Of a DNA stretch of 64,000 bases, positions 61,270 to 64,000 are shown in pieces. The position numbers were made by a program, and so were the translations under genes. Within the stretch, counting starts at the first letter, position 1, and each line of letters starts with the position of its first letter. The stretch is taken from contig NC_081396.1 of the NCBI RefSeq assembly GCF_030684315.1, positions 1,054,001-1,118,000 on the forward strand, given 5' to 3'. The notes under the pieces are model-generated. The model was not told where the DNA came from. It worked only from the letters and a program-made list of their open reading frames with translations, and made no database searches. The stretch comes from Stegostoma tigrinum (Eukaryota).

Positions 61270-64000
61270 TTTCATTCCACTTTCTGAATCATCTCTTGAA
61301 GTTTCCTCCTCCTGGGTTGGAGAACAGCATGTAAGAATTTGCCTTTTTGTCAATGGTTGCACTTATGCGATGTTAGTATACTGGAACAATGAGTACTGTA
61401 TCACATATTCGTTATGTTTTCCGATATTAAGTTGTTTTAAATTCTCTTTCTACTGTTTACAATGTCACGAAATGTTTCAAATAAATTGTTTTGCTTAACA
61501 TCAAGTAGTTTGACCAGTCACATCATAACTGGAACAAATGTCTTGTTAGGTGTGGTGTCTGATTTGATCCATAACGAGCATAGGTTACACACATAAGCAT
61601 TCAAAGATGCAAACTCACTAAAACTAACANNNNNNNNNNNNNNNNNNNNNNNNNNNNNNNNNNNNNNNNNNNNNNNNNNNNNNNNNNNNNNNNNNNNNNN
61701 NNNNNNNNNNNNNNNNNNNNNNNNNNNNNNNNNNNNNNNNNNNNNNNNNNNNNNNNNNNNNNNNNNNNNNNNNNNNNNNNNNNNNTTTTGGTGAGTGTGT
61801 CCATGGAGGCGAAACAGCACTTTCTGCTCTGTTTGTTTATTTCGGTGTTGGATTCCCGCCAGAAGAAAATGAAAACAGAGTTCCAATTCACATTCGTTAT
61901 TCTCATGCTGAATACAATAATTCCAGGTGAGTTATGAATTAAATTCTCATCAGTAACCGTCATGTGGTCTTTTCACATTCACAGTTCAAGATAAAATTAG
62001 TTCTGCATTTGTAAAATATATCTTTTACTGTTTAGTGTTCAGAAGTAACAAAAGAAAATGAAATTGACATCACTCTCCAAACCAATGATCATTTCCATCT
62101 GGAAGGACAAGTGGAGCATAAAAATGGGAACAACATCGGAGGCAAGCTCCTCTCCAATTCCCTCAAGATTGCGACTTGGAAATGTATCACTCTTCCTTCA
62201 GTGTCACTGGGTCAGTTTTGTATATTCCCCTTCTTAACAAATTCCTGTGTCTACCTCTCCGCCAAGTGTTAGAACAATTTGTAAAACAAGTTACCCACCG
62301 CCTCCTTCAATGGTGTTAGGAATGATCAACAAACATATGCTACCCATCGATAATTGCATCACATGTTCGATCAAGAAACATCCAGTAGATTATGGAATCA
62401 GTCGGGAATGAAGGCGGTTTGGTAATGCTTCCTGTGTCCTTTGCTTTCCTTTGTTCACCCATGTATCATTCAGAACAACGCCTTCCACATCTCCCACGTC
62501 AGTTCCCCAGTGTAACAGCACACTAGCTAAAATAGTAATTGCTCAGTGTGAAACTCTGAATCAGGAATGGTTTGTACACTCAGGACAGATTTTAAAAATG
62601 TAACGAGGCTGGCCCTGAAAGTAGACAATTTCTGATTCCCTTCAATGGCGGGTTTTAATTCAGCTGTTATCCAAATGCTGAAAAACTCGCTTAATTTCTT
62701 GGTTTGTTCACTGCAATTAACAGACAGTCATCCATTTTCACTTCCCAATTCCTAAATTTCAGGAGGCATGCTTTGTGTTTATTAACATCAGAAAACTGTC
62801 AGAATATAAGAGTGTGATGTGGAGAGTTCTTGTGATGTTGTTTCAGTGTCCCTAACTTTGATTCATGAGGCAGACCTTCAAGTCTCAATGTTGCAAAGAT
62901 ACGTGATCGAAACATAATGGGGAATAAGGACACAGAAGCAATCTCAGAATAAAGAGTAAAGCATCCAAGAAAGAGATGAGGAAGTATTTCTTCCCTACGA
63001 GGGAAAGGCACTTTTGTATAATTTATTACAGAGTCTGGATGCTAATTATATTCAAGTGAAAGATAGGCGTAGATATCTTTGGCTTCTAACTGGCGTTTAC
63101 AAGAGACAGACGTGATTGAACTGAAACATATAAGGTCCTGAGTGGCCTTCATCACCTGCCTCTGTACAAATGTAATTCACACGATGACGATATATGCGTT
63201 CTCAGCACTGACTCTCTGTATAATTGCCACACAGAACACGCCGGAATATTCACGGTGGCTGACCTTAATCTCTGTAATTTTCTTGCATGTGTGTGTGTTA
63301 AGGCATCAGTGAAGTTACATGCTAACGTTTGCTACCGATTTTCTGACTGATTCAGTGACAAATTTCACTTTGCACAAGTGAAGTAGCTTCACTGCACCAG
63401 CTGAGGGTGATGAAGTCTCACTTTAAACACAAATTGAAGTGCAATTTCAACATTTTAAATAACATCAAAGCCGAAAACGCATCTCGCTTTGAACAGAGAG
63501 ACACACAGGCATGCTCATTCGAGTGCATGCACATATATACACACACGTGCTGACGCACGCATACACACAAAGACAGACAGAGCCTGCTGGAATGGAATAT
63601 CCATAAAGCAACAATGAGATGTACAGTGAATCCTGTTCTATGAGGAGTCTGCGTTCAGTCAATCAGAAAAACACCTCCAGATGGGAGGAAGGAAAGTGAA
63701 ACCTGAGCTCAGCGAGGAGTGCTGAGCAGAACGAACAGAGGGAGAAAATGATAATCTTGAGCCTGAAGGCCGCGAAGCAGCATCAGAGAAGGAGAATAAA
63801 TGAGAATCTGGTAAAAGTGATAGAAGAGATGCTGTTAAGTTAACGCTGAGATTGAGTCCGGTGATATCAAACGTGAGATAGTAATTTGAGAGTGGAGTGT
63901 TTGCAGAGCTGCAAGGCTTGTGCGTAGGCTGGAAAAGTCAAGAATGGTGGTGTTGCAAATTTAGGTGCAGCCATTAATTGGCTAAGATCAACAACTCACG

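Larger units (their letters stand above)
34100..64000 (+). repeat. Segmental duplicate of ~1-18400 (with indels, an inversion and an ERV)
   Basis: Collinear blocks: 1-190/34100-34340, 1519-4035/35381-37790, 4035-8480/41942-46110, 8522-8940/48725-49145, 10390-11620/49145-50370 and 16810-18370/62430-64000. Inverted block: 13695-16750/53170-50375. Confidence 0.9.

Noticed and set aside
1-64000. Prokaryotic-type systems (CRISPR arrays, operons, rRNA/tRNA genes)
   Set aside because: The sequence is vertebrate. The tRNA-like pieces are SINE heads and a retroviral PBS, and no repeat-spacer array is present.

Overview
Eukaryotic (vertebrate) genomic DNA, almost certainly from a cartilaginous fish, judged from shark-type VH leader/framework sequences, HE1-type V-SINEs and CR1 LINEs. 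The window is part of the V-gene array of a rearranging antigen-receptor locus, best read as TCR alpha/delta. It holds about 22 V segments or V relics from four lineages. Where the 3' end survives they end in a recombination signal with a 23-nt (or near-23) spacer, and I found no D, J or C segment. (1) Immunoglobulin-heavy-chain-like V genes (TAILV-like): two apparently functional (32021, 38773), two pseudogenes and one orphan leader. (2) Conventional TRAV/TRDV-type genes: one apparently functional (14733) and several pseudogenes, one of them inverted. (3) Seven old plus-strand V relics, five sharing a stop at the second cysteine. (4) Six old minus-strand V relics. The region grew by tandem duplication of a ~6-7 kb cassette plus a larger segmental duplication (about 1-18.4 kb vs about 34.1-64 kb). 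Comparing the two copies shows a LINE-associated deletion, a microhomology deletion that removed an Ig-like V, a deletion junction filled with 38 nt copied from a neighbouring V, and a ~2.8 kb inversion. An internally deleted class I (gamma/epsilon-like) endogenous retrovirus with a tRNA-Ser primer site lies at 55.5-61.3 kb. Two palindromic Penelope-type inserts carry hammerhead-ribozyme core motifs. All alignments were done by eye, so relic and breakpoint coordinates are approximate.
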